Origin: an uncultured Ruminiclostridium sp. | GTDB lineage: Bacteria > Bacillota > Clostridia > Oscillospirales > Ruminococcaceae | Length of the DNA: 64,000 nt | Reading direction: 5' to 3' | NCBI GenBank assembly: GCA_964489095.1 | Contig: CAZAXM010000005.1 | Coordinates: forward strand, 1,347-65,346 | Shown here: piece after piece, positions 18,304-28,017 of the stretch | Layout of the letters: each line of letters starts with the position of its first letter | How positions within the stretch are numbered: the stretch's first letter is position 1 | Notes under the pieces: model-generated | The model's database searches: none | Told to the model about the DNA's origin: nothing | The model's input: only the letters and a program-made list of their open reading frames with translations | Position numbers and translations under genes: made by a program

Positions 18304-18510
18304 TCATTTTCCCATAAACTGTTTTCTGAACCGTTCAGCAAGCTTAGGATTACTCATAACGGCGTTGATTTTTTCGCGGTCCTTTTCACTCAGCTTCGAT
18401 GTAATTTCGGAAATGTTGCCCTCGCTAAGCGCACCGCGGAGCTTTTCAGATGAAACGCCCAGACGCTTGCTTGCTGCGCCGATAAGCTCGTCAATGTTGA
18501 TATTTCCCAT
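18304..18510 (-). CDS. Hypothetical small protein (68 aa)
   Basis: The ORF is preceded by AAAGGAGA. It is the first gene of a three-gene minus-strand cluster. Confidence 0.55.
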   Translation of the reverse strand: MGNINIDELIGAASKRLGVSSEKLRGALSEGNISEITSKLSEKDREKINAVMSNPKLAERFRKQFMGK

Positions 18511-18617
18511 AGCAATTCTCCTTTTTGTAAGTTATATGCGAATTTGTTACCTAATATGTGCCGCCGCGTTACACAACATAACTAAAAAAGCTGATGAAAT
18601 TTTAGATATATTTAAGT

Positions 18618-18646
18618 TTGACAATATTTGCGGCGTGTGTTATAAT
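18618..18646 (+). promoter_or_regulatory. Sigma-A promoter (extended -10)
   Basis: TTGACA (18618-18623) and TGT-TATAAT (18641-18646) are separated by 17 nt, about 30 nt upstream of the yfcE-like gene. Confidence 0.65.
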
Positions 18647-18678
18647 ATTTGTATATTACAGGGTTAGGAGTTTATTAG

Positions 18679-19158
18679 ATGAAAATTGTTGTTGTTGCGG
18701 ATACCCATAAGAATTATAAGGAATATAAGTCCGTAGTCGAAAAGAACGACGACGCGGATTTATTTATTCACCTCGGTGATGGCGAACACGAGTTTCTTGA
18801 TGTTTCGCGCGAAAATCCCGATAAGAAATTTATTTTTGTACAGGGAAACTGCGATTTCGGAAGCTATAAGACTATGGAGATCGTTGAAGCGGGCGGCTAT
18901 AAGATCCTTTGCGTTCACGGTCACGAGTATAACGTTCAGGGTGGTCTTGACGCGCTCATTAACGAGGCTAAAACGCGCGGCTGTCAGGTTGCTCTCTATG
19001 GTCATACCCATATGTACAGAACCGAATGTATCGCCGGCGTTTACGTTATGAACCCCGGCGCTATCGACTCTCCCCGCGGAAAAAACAAGCCTTCTTATGG
19101 TATTATTCATATCGACGACGCGGGTAAGCTCAAGATGAATATTGTCGCAATCAAGTAA
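18679..19158 (+). CDS. YfcE/MJ0936-family metallophosphoesterase
   Basis: VVADTH, GDGEHE, QGNCD, VHGHEY and GHTH motifs are present in a 159-aa protein. Confidence 0.85.
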   Translation: MKIVVVADTHKNYKEYKSVVEKNDDADLFIHLGDGEHEFLDVSRENPDKKFIFVQGNCDFGSYKTMEIVEAGGYKILCVHGHEYNVQGGLDALINEAKTRGCQVALYGHTHMYRTECIAGVYVMNPGAIDSPRGKNKPSYGIIHIDDAGKLKMNIVAIK

Positions 19159-19174
19159 CACAATAGTATATGCA

Positions 19175-19215
19175 AAGCGTTTGTGAGTTGACACAGACGC
19201 TTTTGTTAATTTTTA
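19175..19215 (+). terminator. Rho-independent terminator
   Basis: AAGCGTTTGTG-AGTTGA-CACAGACGCTT forms an 11-bp stem with one G-U pair. It is followed by TTGTTAATTTTT. Confidence 0.6.
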
Positions 19216-19285
19216 ACATATTTTTGCTAAGAATGTTATAAAACTTGCTGCAAATAAACAAATTTCAAAAAATTACAAAAAACGC

Positions 19286-19314
19286 TTGATTTTTTCGCGG
19301 CAAGTGTATATAAT
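19286..19314 (+). promoter_or_regulatory. Sigma-A promoter of groESL
   Basis: TTGATT (19286-19291) and TATAAT (19309-19314) are separated by 17 nt, immediately upstream of CIRCE. Confidence 0.65.
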
Positions 19315-19326
19315 ATAAATCAGTGG

Positions 19327-19353
19327 TTAGCACTTAACCGCTAAGAGTGCTAA
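19327..19353 (+). promoter_or_regulatory. CIRCE operator (HrcA binding site)
   Basis: TTAGCACTT-N9-GAGTGCTAA matches the consensus TTAGCACTC-N9-GAGTGCTAA. An extra GAGTGCTAA half-site lies at 19368-19376. Confidence 0.9.
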
Positions 19354-19363
19354 CACTCGATAA

Positions 19364-19690
<327 letters not shown>

Positions 19691-19714
19691 TAACTTATCA
19701 TAAGAAAGGATTGA

Positions 19715-21355
<1,641 letters not shown>

Positions 21356-21385
21356 TACCATTATTAACCCAATACAAATACAGCG

Positions 21386-21420
21386 ACAGCCCCGTGAATT
21401 TTCACGGGGCTGTTTCTTTA
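21386..21420. terminator. Bidirectional terminator between groEL and the convergent PBP gene
   Basis: ACAGCCCCGTGAA-TT-TTCACGGGGCTGT is followed by TTCTTTAT. Confidence 0.75.
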
Positions 21421-21443
21421 TACGTTGTTTCAGGCTTATGTTG

Positions 21444-23873
21444 TTATTCAAAGAGAGGTGTTTCTTCCTCGTCATGCTCTGCCCAATATGTTCCGTCGTG
21501 CTTTGAATCGCAGCTTTCGGGAATATTCGACTGGCGGTAGTAGCCGACTGTTGTCGAGGGGCATTTTGACGTAGCGAGAAGTCCCGTTTCGTTACAGTAG
21601 TTCAGAACAAGCGTTGAGCTGTCCGGGGTAAAGTTAAGCTGGGTCTCGCCTTCAAATACGTCCGCCATAACGTCGTGCCACACCTTCGCCAGAGTGCGGT
21701 AACCGCTTGTTGCGGAGTCAAGTGCGTGGTTGTCATCATAAGCGATACGGTAGCAAGCAACGTATTTCGGCGTAAGACCTGCAAAAAGAAGGTTTGACCA
21801 GTCGTTCGCCGTACCCGTTTTTCCGACAACCTCAACGTTATCGAGCTTGGCGTGTCTACCTGTTCCGTAATCGTCCTGAATAACCTTTAACATCATACGA
21901 TTTGTTATCCAGGCGCTATCCTCGCTTATCGCACGCTTTCCGACAGTATCCTGTTCAAGCACGACGCGTCCGCTGCTGTCGATAACCTTTGAATAATAAT
22001 ATGGCTTATAGTACATTCCGCCGTTACCGATAACCTGATATGCGGCGGTAAGCTCGGTAAGCGTTGCGCCGTTAGTAAGCGCACCCAATGCGAGCGGTGA
22101 ATATGCAACGTCGTTCACGCTGTCGAGGTGTGTAAAGCCCAGTTTATTCACGAGATGATTAAAGGCATTTGTTGTGCCGATTTTTTGCATTACTCTCGCT
22201 GCGATAGTGTTAGTGGATTTCTGAACAGCGTACCACGCGGGGAAGTAGTTGCCTGTACCGAAGCCTTTTTCCTGGTAGTTATGAGGCCAGCGCACTGTTT
22301 CGGTTTCCTCATCGTAGCCGGAAGTAGCCGCGTTGACGTCGTCGCCCGCATATTCCGCGTGGATACGACCTGACGAGTCTTTCATAAATGTCGAATAGGT
22401 AATAAGGTTCATATCAACTGCGAGGGAGTAGTTGCCTATCGGCTTGATCGTCGAACCGATTGCGCTTACCGCCTGAGTTGCGCGGTTAAAGCAGTTATTA
22501 CCGGGCTTTTCTCCTATTCCGCCCGCAATAGCCTTGACATTTCCGCGGTAGTCCATTATAACGAACGCACCCTGGAGGAGGTTTTTGCTTCCGGAAGGGA
22601 GCGACTCGTCATAAGCGGTAAGGCAGGTATACGGATCCTCGAATTTTTTCGAGAGCATATCCTGCATTTCGATATCCATATTCAGGTATGCCGTATATCC
22701 GCCGCTGCAGAATTTATCCCAGGCGGCATTAAAATCAATATCATAAAGGTCAGCCATATCGGTGACAATCTGGTTGATTGCCGCGTCAACGTACCAGTTC
22801 TGGGTTACGGTATAGCCGCCGTTCCACTTGTACGCAAGCGCGGAACCTTCGCCCAGAAGTTCGCTCCACGGAACGTCCTCGTAATAAAGGTCGTCCTCTT
22901 CGTTATCATATGTTCCGTAATATTCATCGTAACGCTCGTCAACATATCCGAAAAAATCACCCTTTATCGGGTTACGGAAGCGAACCTGTTCATTAAGTGC
23001 GTCCTCGTATTCCTGCGTTGTGATATATCCCGAATCGTACATATGAGCTAACGCATATTCCTGACGCATTCGGGTATTTTCAGGGTAGAAATATGGGTTA
23101 TAACCGGTAGGCGATCGGATTACGCCGGCGAGGATAGCGGATTCGGCTATTGTAAGTTCGCCGACCTCTTTTCCGAAGTAGTAGTAGGCTGCCGAACCTA
23201 TACCGTAAGCCGAACCGCCGAAGCCGATACGGTTCAGATAGCTTTCGAGAATGTCATATTTTGTGTACTTATTTTCGAGAGAGAGTGCGCGGAAGATTTC
23301 GCGTAACTTTCGTCCGATGGTTGTTTCCTTATCCTGAGTTATATCGCGGACAAGCTGCTGGGTTATAGTTGAACCGCCCGCTGTTCCGCCCGAAAAGGCA
23401 GCCTTTACGGTAACGGAGAGGGTACGCTTCCAGTCTACGCCGTCATGTTCAAAGAAGCGCTCGTCCTCTACCGCGACAACCGCGTCTAGCATATGCTGGG
23501 GTATATCCTCGATATCGACCCAGATACGGCTTTCGTCGCCGCTGATTTGTTTTACAAGAACGTCCTGTCCATCGTTATCGGTAGCGTAGATGAAGCTTGA
23601 ATACGACAGCTCGACATCCGTCAGATCTACGTCGAAGCTGCTTTCTGCGAATTGCATAACATAGACGGTAAGGGCTGTTGCCACGATACAAATTGTAATA
23701 ACAAGAATAAGTACTAGGCAAAGGAGGGTTGTACCGACTGCCGCGAAGCACTTTCCGACTCTCTGGAGCGGTGTAAGGGTATGGAGGTGGTTTTTAGACT
23801 TCTTACGCAAGGTTTTCTCTGCGTAATCTTCATCCTTAACCGAAATATATTTTACTTTTTTCTTTTCGTTCAT
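21444..23873 (-). CDS. Class A penicillin-binding protein (GT51 glycosyltransferase + transpeptidase)
   Basis: It has an N-terminal TM anchor, GT51 motifs (EDERFFEHDGVDWKR, GGSTITQQL) and a transpeptidase module (SAIGSTIKP, KTGTAND). Confidence 0.92.
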   Translation of the reverse strand: MNEKKKVKYISVKDEDYAEKTLRKKSKNHLHTLTPLQRVGKCFAAVGTTLLCLVLILVITICIVATALTVYVMQFAESSFDVDLTDVELSYSSFIYATDNDGQDVLVKQISGDESRIWVDIEDIPQHMLDAVVAVEDERFFEHDGVDWKRTLSVTVKAAFSGGTAGGSTITQQLVRDITQDKETTIGRKLREIFRALSLENKYTKYDILESYLNRIGFGGSAYGIGSAAYYYFGKEVGELTIAESAILAGVIRSPTGYNPYFYPENTRMRQEYALAHMYDSGYITTQEYEDALNEQVRFRNPIKGDFFGYVDERYDEYYGTYDNEEDDLYYEDVPWSELLGEGSALAYKWNGGYTVTQNWYVDAAINQIVTDMADLYDIDFNAAWDKFCSGGYTAYLNMDIEMQDMLSKKFEDPYTCLTAYDESLPSGSKNLLQGAFVIMDYRGNVKAIAGGIGEKPGNNCFNRATQAVSAIGSTIKPIGNYSLAVDMNLITYSTFMKDSSGRIHAEYAGDDVNAATSGYDEETETVRWPHNYQEKGFGTGNYFPAWYAVQKSTNTIAARVMQKIGTTNAFNHLVNKLGFTHLDSVNDVAYSPLALGALTNGATLTELTAAYQVIGNGGMYYKPYYYSKVIDSSGRVVLEQDTVGKRAISEDSAWITNRMMLKVIQDDYGTGRHAKLDNVEVVGKTGTANDWSNLLFAGLTPKYVACYRIAYDDNHALDSATSGYRTLAKVWHDVMADVFEGETQLNFTPDSSTLVLNYCNETGLLATSKCPSTTVGYYRQSNIPESCDSKHDGTYWAEHDEEETPLFE

Positions 23874-24023
23874 AAATACTTCCTTTTCTGTAAAACGCGG
23901 TTATATACCTTTATATTATATCACAATATCCGGCAAATGTTAATAGAAAAAGCGAAATTTTCATAATTTTTTTTCATTTTTTATTTTTGTGCAGTTTTGA
24001 CTGGCAAAAAGTGACAAAATATA

Positions 24024-24052
24024 TTGACTATACGAGCATTTTCTGCTATAAT
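24024..24052 (+). promoter_or_regulatory. Sigma-A promoter (extended -10)
   Basis: TTGACT (24024-24029) and TGC-TATAAT (24047-24052) are separated by 17 nt. Confidence 0.6.
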
Positions 24053-24085
24053 TTTAACAATATTTAATGATTAGAGGGGATCGTC

Positions 24086-25033
24086 TTGAAGCATATTTTT
24101 ATAGTCAATCCTGCTGCGGGAAATTCTTCTGACAGGAGCGAACTTACTGAACGCTTGCGCGAAACAAGCGCCGACTTTCAGGTTTACATAACGAAAGCAC
24201 CGCGTGACGCTACGAGTTTTATTCAGAAATACTGTTCGGAACACAGCGAACCTGTAAGGTTTTATGCCTGCGGCGGCGACGGAACGCTTAGCGAAGCAGC
24301 TGCGGGGGTTGTGGGATTTGAGAATGCAGAGCTTAGCTGCTGTCCGTGCGGAAGCGGTAATGACTTTGTAAAATACTATGGCGGCGCGGACAAATTCCGA
24401 GACATCGGCGCGCTTATAAATGCGCCTGCCCGACCTATTGACATAATAAAAATAAACGACACATACTCGCTTAACGTTGTCAATTTTGGTTTTGACACGC
24501 ACGTTGCGGCGACGATGGAGAAGGTACGCAGGAAGAAGCTGATTGGTGGAAAGAACGCTTACAACACGGGCGTTGTTTCTGCGGTACTGTTTGCTATGAA
24601 GAACCGTGCGGAGATATACGCTGACGGGGAGCTGCTCAATCCCGACGGTGATTTTCTGTTATGCACTGCCGCGAACGGGAAATACGTTGGCGGTGCGTTT
24701 CAATGTGCGCCGCGCTCGCTGAATAACGACGGGCTGATGGAAATATGTCTTGCGCGCACGGTTTCGCGCTTAAGATTTGTACAGATTCTCGGTCCGTACA
24801 CGAACGGAAAGCATCTTGACAACCCGAATTTTTCAGATGTTTTCGTATATCGCCGCTGCAAAAAGCTGGAGGTAAGTGCGCCTGACGGGTTCAAGGTTTG
24901 CGTAGACGGCGAGCTTATTGACGCGCCGCATTTTACCTGTGAGGTTTTACCCGGTGCGGTCAGGTTTGCTGCGCCCGCCATCGGCTCTGATGAAGCGGCA
25001 GCGGTCAGCAATACGGAGGTATCACGAGTTTAA
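24086..25033 (+). CDS. Diacylglycerol/lipid kinase family protein (DAGK_cat, YegS/DagK-like)
   Basis: The gene has a TTG start after GAGGGGA. Motifs are IFIVNPAAGN and ACGGDGTLSE. Confidence 0.85.
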   Translation: MKHIFIVNPAAGNSSDRSELTERLRETSADFQVYITKAPRDATSFIQKYCSEHSEPVRFYACGGDGTLSEAAAGVVGFENAELSCCPCGSGNDFVKYYGGADKFRDIGALINAPARPIDIIKINDTYSLNVVNFGFDTHVAATMEKVRRKKLIGGKNAYNTGVVSAVLFAMKNRAEIYADGELLNPDGDFLLCTAANGKYVGGAFQCAPRSLNNDGLMEICLARTVSRLRFVQILGPYTNGKHLDNPNFSDVFVYRRCKKLEVSAPDGFKVCVDGELIDAPHFTCEVLPGAVRFAAPAIGSDEAAAVSNTEVSRV

Positions 25034-25218
25034 CGCGGGCGCACTGCAAGCGCCGCAGGCGATTGCGCTCTGTGCGGTGAAGCCGCGCAGAGCGGGGGGG
25101 CGAAGCACCCGGTGCGCCCGCCCCGCCGATTTCTGCGGAGTGCGCGGAGCGGGGAGATCAGAAGCGAGCGTTTGAGCCGGCGTCAGCGAAAGACTGAAAG
25201 GAAAACAGGAAATTAAAA

Positions 25219-25251
25219 GCCGCCTTTAGCAGCATCAATGCAAAAGGCGGC
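25219..25251 (-). terminator. Rho-independent terminator of the DMT-like gene
   Basis: GCCGCCTTT and AAAGGCGGC form a 9-bp stem. On the minus strand it is followed by TTTTAATTT. Confidence 0.6.
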
Positions 25252-25258
25252 ATATCTT

Positions 25259-26092
25259 TTACTTTAATAGCTGGAACCCGACAATTCCGACAATGGAGAT
25301 TATTGCGCCGACAAGGTTAAGCTTAGTACAATACTCCTTTCGGATCACGCCTATGAAAAACAGCGCAATAAGCACAATCGGCATAATCATTGCGCTTCCC
25401 GTAAGGCTGACAGCGATTGCGGCATTCTCCGCAAAAAGACCGACTGCGTTAGGGATTTTAGTAAGCGATACGACAAGCACGCCCTTCGGCTTTTCGCGCA
25501 GCATTTTCGGAAGCGATACAAAAGGAATAAGCACAACCGCAAGCAGGATAAGCGCAAAGAAAAGTATCTGAGAGCTGTTTCCGTAAGGCTCAGCGTAGCG
25601 CATTGTAAGTCCGTAGCCGAATCGGTCGATAATGTAAAAAACGAGCGGAACGACAATTTTTCCGTAATGAATCTGCTGCTTATTGCTTTTCGCAATAAGG
25701 AACAAACCTACCGCCATAATAACGATGAAAACAAGACCAACGACCGATATTTCTGTTCCATCGATCAGGAAATCTGCGAAATATGAGATAAAGACGACTG
25801 TTCCGACCCACGCTTTAAGTTCAAACGCGCTCATTTCCTCCAAAACTTTTGCGCTAAGCACAAATTCGAGCAGCTTATTCAGTGCGATAAGAACTACTGC
25901 GACCGCGAGCTGCCACGAAAACGACGAAAAAGGAATATTCATAAACGGCATCATAATTGCCATAAAGATGGCGGTTGCGCCAGCCATAAGGAACGTAATC
26001 TGTAATCCTGTTAATTTTGCGGTTGAAACCGCGTATTTGTCCGAAAGTCCGCAGATCGTATAACAGACCGCAGCAAGCAATATCATTTCCAT
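25259..26092 (-). CDS. Multi-pass membrane protein, DMT/EamA-like
   Basis: The 277-aa protein has about nine or ten TM helices with an internal two-fold pattern. The family assignment is tentative. Confidence 0.6.
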   Translation of the reverse strand: MEMILLAAVCYTICGLSDKYAVSTAKLTGLQITFLMAGATAIFMAIMMPFMNIPFSSFSWQLAVAVVLIALNKLLEFVLSAKVLEEMSAFELKAWVGTVVFISYFADFLIDGTEISVVGLVFIVIMAVGLFLIAKSNKQQIHYGKIVVPLVFYIIDRFGYGLTMRYAEPYGNSSQILFFALILLAVVLIPFVSLPKMLREKPKGVLVVSLTKIPNAVGLFAENAAIAVSLTGSAMIMPIVLIALFFIGVIRKEYCTKLNLVGAIISIVGIVGFQLLK

Positions 26093-26213
26093 ATTTTTTC
26101 ACCTTTCACATAAATTATACCGTTAATATTATACCGTGAAATCGTTTTATCGTCAATCGTCACCTTTCAGCAGAATTTACGAAAAAACTCCTCTTTTTTG
26201 TGCATTTTATCGC

Positions 26214-26242
26214 TTGAAAGTCGAACCGGCAGATGGTATAAT
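26214..26242 (+). promoter_or_regulatory. Sigma-A promoter (extended -10)
   Basis: TTGAAA (26214-26219) and TGG-TATAAT (26237-26242) are separated by 17 nt. Confidence 0.6.
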
Positions 26243-26270
26243 ATTATTGATAGGATTTGGAGGTGTTTTC

Positions 26271-26468
26271 ATGGACGGTATTACAGGATATATCGCGCAG
26301 CTTTCTATGAGTATGGCGCAGTACAATGTTCAGTCGCAGGTTTCGACGGGAATGTTAAAGAACGTCATGGACTCACAGGAGGCTTCTAGTATGAAGCTTC
26401 TCGACAGTTTACAAACTGTTATCCCCTCCGCTGACGGACGAGGAACAGTTCTTGATGCGAGAGCATAA
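26271..26468 (+). CDS. YjfB-like small protein (putative motility protein family)
   Basis: The 65-aa protein reads MDGITGYIAQLSMSMAQYNVQSQVSTGMLKNVMDSQEASSMKLLDSL... GGAGG lies 8 nt upstream. The longer track ORF (26136) lacks an RBS. Confidence 0.65.
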   Translation: MDGITGYIAQLSMSMAQYNVQSQVSTGMLKNVMDSQEASSMKLLDSLQTVIPSADGRGTVLDARA

Positions 26469-26481
26469 GCTGCAATAAATC

Positions 26482-26518
26482 AACCCGCTTTCGATTTCTT
26501 CGATGGCGGGTTTTTGTT
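26482..26518 (+). terminator. Rho-independent terminator
   Basis: AACCCGC...GCGGGTT has an inner TCGA/TCGA pairing and is followed by TTTGTTATTTT. Confidence 0.65.
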
Positions 26519-26623
26519 ATTTTGGAAAAAGTATGAACGCGTGAAACAATCAATGACAGTGAGAACCTGTCGCGACTGCAACTCACTTCCCTGCTATCAG
26601 CCAAAGCCCTCTAAAGCCGCGCT

Positions 26624-26674
26624 GCCGTTCACGTTGCGCAGCCGCCGCTAACAGCGGCTGCCAACGTGAACGGC
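26624..26674. repeat. 51-nt near-perfect inverted repeat (21-bp stem, one bulge)
   Basis: GCCGTTCACGTTG(C)GCAGCCGC-CGCTAACA-GCGGCTGCCAACGTGAACGGC is followed on the plus strand by ACTTTAATTTTTG. Confidence 0.9.
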
Positions 26675-26848
26675 ACTTTAATTTTTGCGGGGCTTTTTTA
26701 CTTTAGTGGGATCAGCACTATTGTGAATACCGCCGTTTGCCAAAACTGCAAAAAACAAGGCTGTCAAAAGGCGGAACTGCCGGCGGCGGCTTGCCGCCGC
26801 ATTTGCCCGCCCACCCACCCCCGCGCGCCTGCGGCGCGCCCTCCGCTA

Positions 26849-26877
26849 TCATTTCCCGCCCACCTCCTGCATACACT
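26849..26877 (+). promoter_or_regulatory. Possible sigma-E type sporulation promoter for spmAB
   Basis: CATACACT (26870-26877) matches the sigma-E -10 consensus CATACAHT. TCATTTC lies 14 nt upstream and matches the -35 in 5 of 7 positions. In B. subtilis, spmAB is sigma-E dependent. Confidence 0.3.
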
Positions 26878-26905
26878 TGTAAAAAAGCTAACGGGAGGTC
26901 TTTTT

Positions 26906-27502
26906 ATGATGAAGTGGGTGATGGCAGCGATGATCGCGCTGTCAGTAGTTTTCGGCATTGTCGGAGGTAGTATGGATAAGATTTCAGAAGCATTTTTAAG
27001 CGAATGTGGAGGAGCAGTCGAACTGGCAATTTCACTTGTCGGCATAATCTGCCTCTGGAGCGGTCTTATGAGAGTGGCGCAGGCAGCAGGCGTAACCGAA
27101 CTTCTCGCACAGCTTTTCTCGCCAGTCCTCAGCAGACTGTTCAAAAGCCTGAAAAAAGGCGGTAAGGCTTTGCAGCTTATAACCCTCAACCTTACCGCAA
27201 ACCTGCTCGGACTAGGGAACGCTTCAACGCCTTTCGGAATTGCTGCAATGCGCGAAATCGAAGCCGAGGAAAAACTGAACTCCGACCGCGCAAGCCATAG
27301 TATGATCGTTTTTACCGTTATGAACACCGCCAGCCTACAAATAATTCCCACAACCGTTGCCGCTCTACGACTTAAAAACGGCTCTGCCGACCCAATGTCA
27401 ATTCTCCCGTGCGTGTGGCTCGCGTCGGCACTTTCCCTCGCCGCCGCCCTCCTCGCCGCGCGTCTGTTCAAAAAAATCGCTGAAAAACGGAGGATAGAAT
27501 GA
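26906..27502 (+). CDS. spmA: Spore maturation protein A (nucleoside-recognition domain)
   Basis: The protein reads MMKWVMAAMIALSVVFGIVGG...LWSGLMRVAQAAG. GGGAGG lies 7 nt upstream of ATG 26906. The N-terminal 80 codons of the track ORF are GC-rich non-coding sequence. Confidence 0.85.
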   Translation: MMKWVMAAMIALSVVFGIVGGSMDKISEAFLSECGGAVELAISLVGIICLWSGLMRVAQAAGVTELLAQLFSPVLSRLFKSLKKGGKALQLITLNLTANLLGLGNASTPFGIAAMREIEAEEKLNSDRASHSMIVFTVMNTASLQIIPTTVAALRLKNGSADPMSILPCVWLASALSLAAALLAARLFKKIAEKRRIE

Positions 27503-28017
27503 GCTTCACAGATTTTATTATTCCTGTTTTTTTTGCACTCGTCCTCATCTATGGCTTGCACAAAAAGGTTGACGTTTTCGCGGAATTTACGGCGGGCGTT
27601 ACCGAGGGTTTGAAAACCGTCCTCGACATCTTCCCCGCCCTATTTTGCCTTGTTGTAACAATAGCCGTTTTCCGCGCTTCAGGAGGAATGGAACTTATTT
27701 CAAGCCTGCTCGCGCCGCTTTTTTCAGCTGTCGGTTTCCCGCCCGAATGTGCGCCGCTCGTTTTGCTCCGCCCTTTTTCGGGCAGCGGTTCTATTGCACT
27801 TTTTGAGCAGATTCTCGCCGAAAATGGCGCGGACAGCTTCGCGGGTCTTGTCTCTTCAGTTATCCTCGGAAGCAGCGAAACAACGTTCTACACTATCTCG
27901 ATCTATTTCGCCGCGACAAAGATTAAAAAGACCCGCTATGCCCTTCCCGCAGCACTCTGCGGGGACATAGCGGGTTTTATTTTTAGTACAGTTTTTGTTC
28001 GGCTTATTCTCCTGTAA
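27499..28017 (+). CDS. spmB: Spore maturation protein B
   Basis: Its start overlaps the spmA stop (ATGA). It has the SpmB-like sequence FAEFTAGVTEGLKTVLDIFPAL. Confidence 0.85.
   Translation: MSFTDFIIPVFFALVLIYGLHKKVDVFAEFTAGVTEGLKTVLDIFPALFCLVVTIAVFRASGGMELISSLLAPLFSAVGFPPECAPLVLLRPFSGSGSIALFEQILAENGADSFAGLVSSVILGSSETTFYTISIYFAATKIKKTRYALPAALCGDIAGFIFSTVFVRLILL

Noticed and set aside
26553-26651. 32-aa Cys-containing ORF (MTVRTCRDCNSLPCYQPKPSKAALPFTLRSRR) ending inside the long hairpin
   Set aside because: It has no RBS. Its 3' half is simply one arm of the palindrome. Nothing supports it beyond being open.
26764-27561. 265-aa minus-strand ORF and the 278-aa extended plus-strand ORF (26666) over the spmA region
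   Set aside because: The minus-strand ORF is a shadow of spmA. The plus-strand extension runs through GC-rich non-coding sequence. The true spmA start is ATG 26906, which has a GGGAGG RBS.
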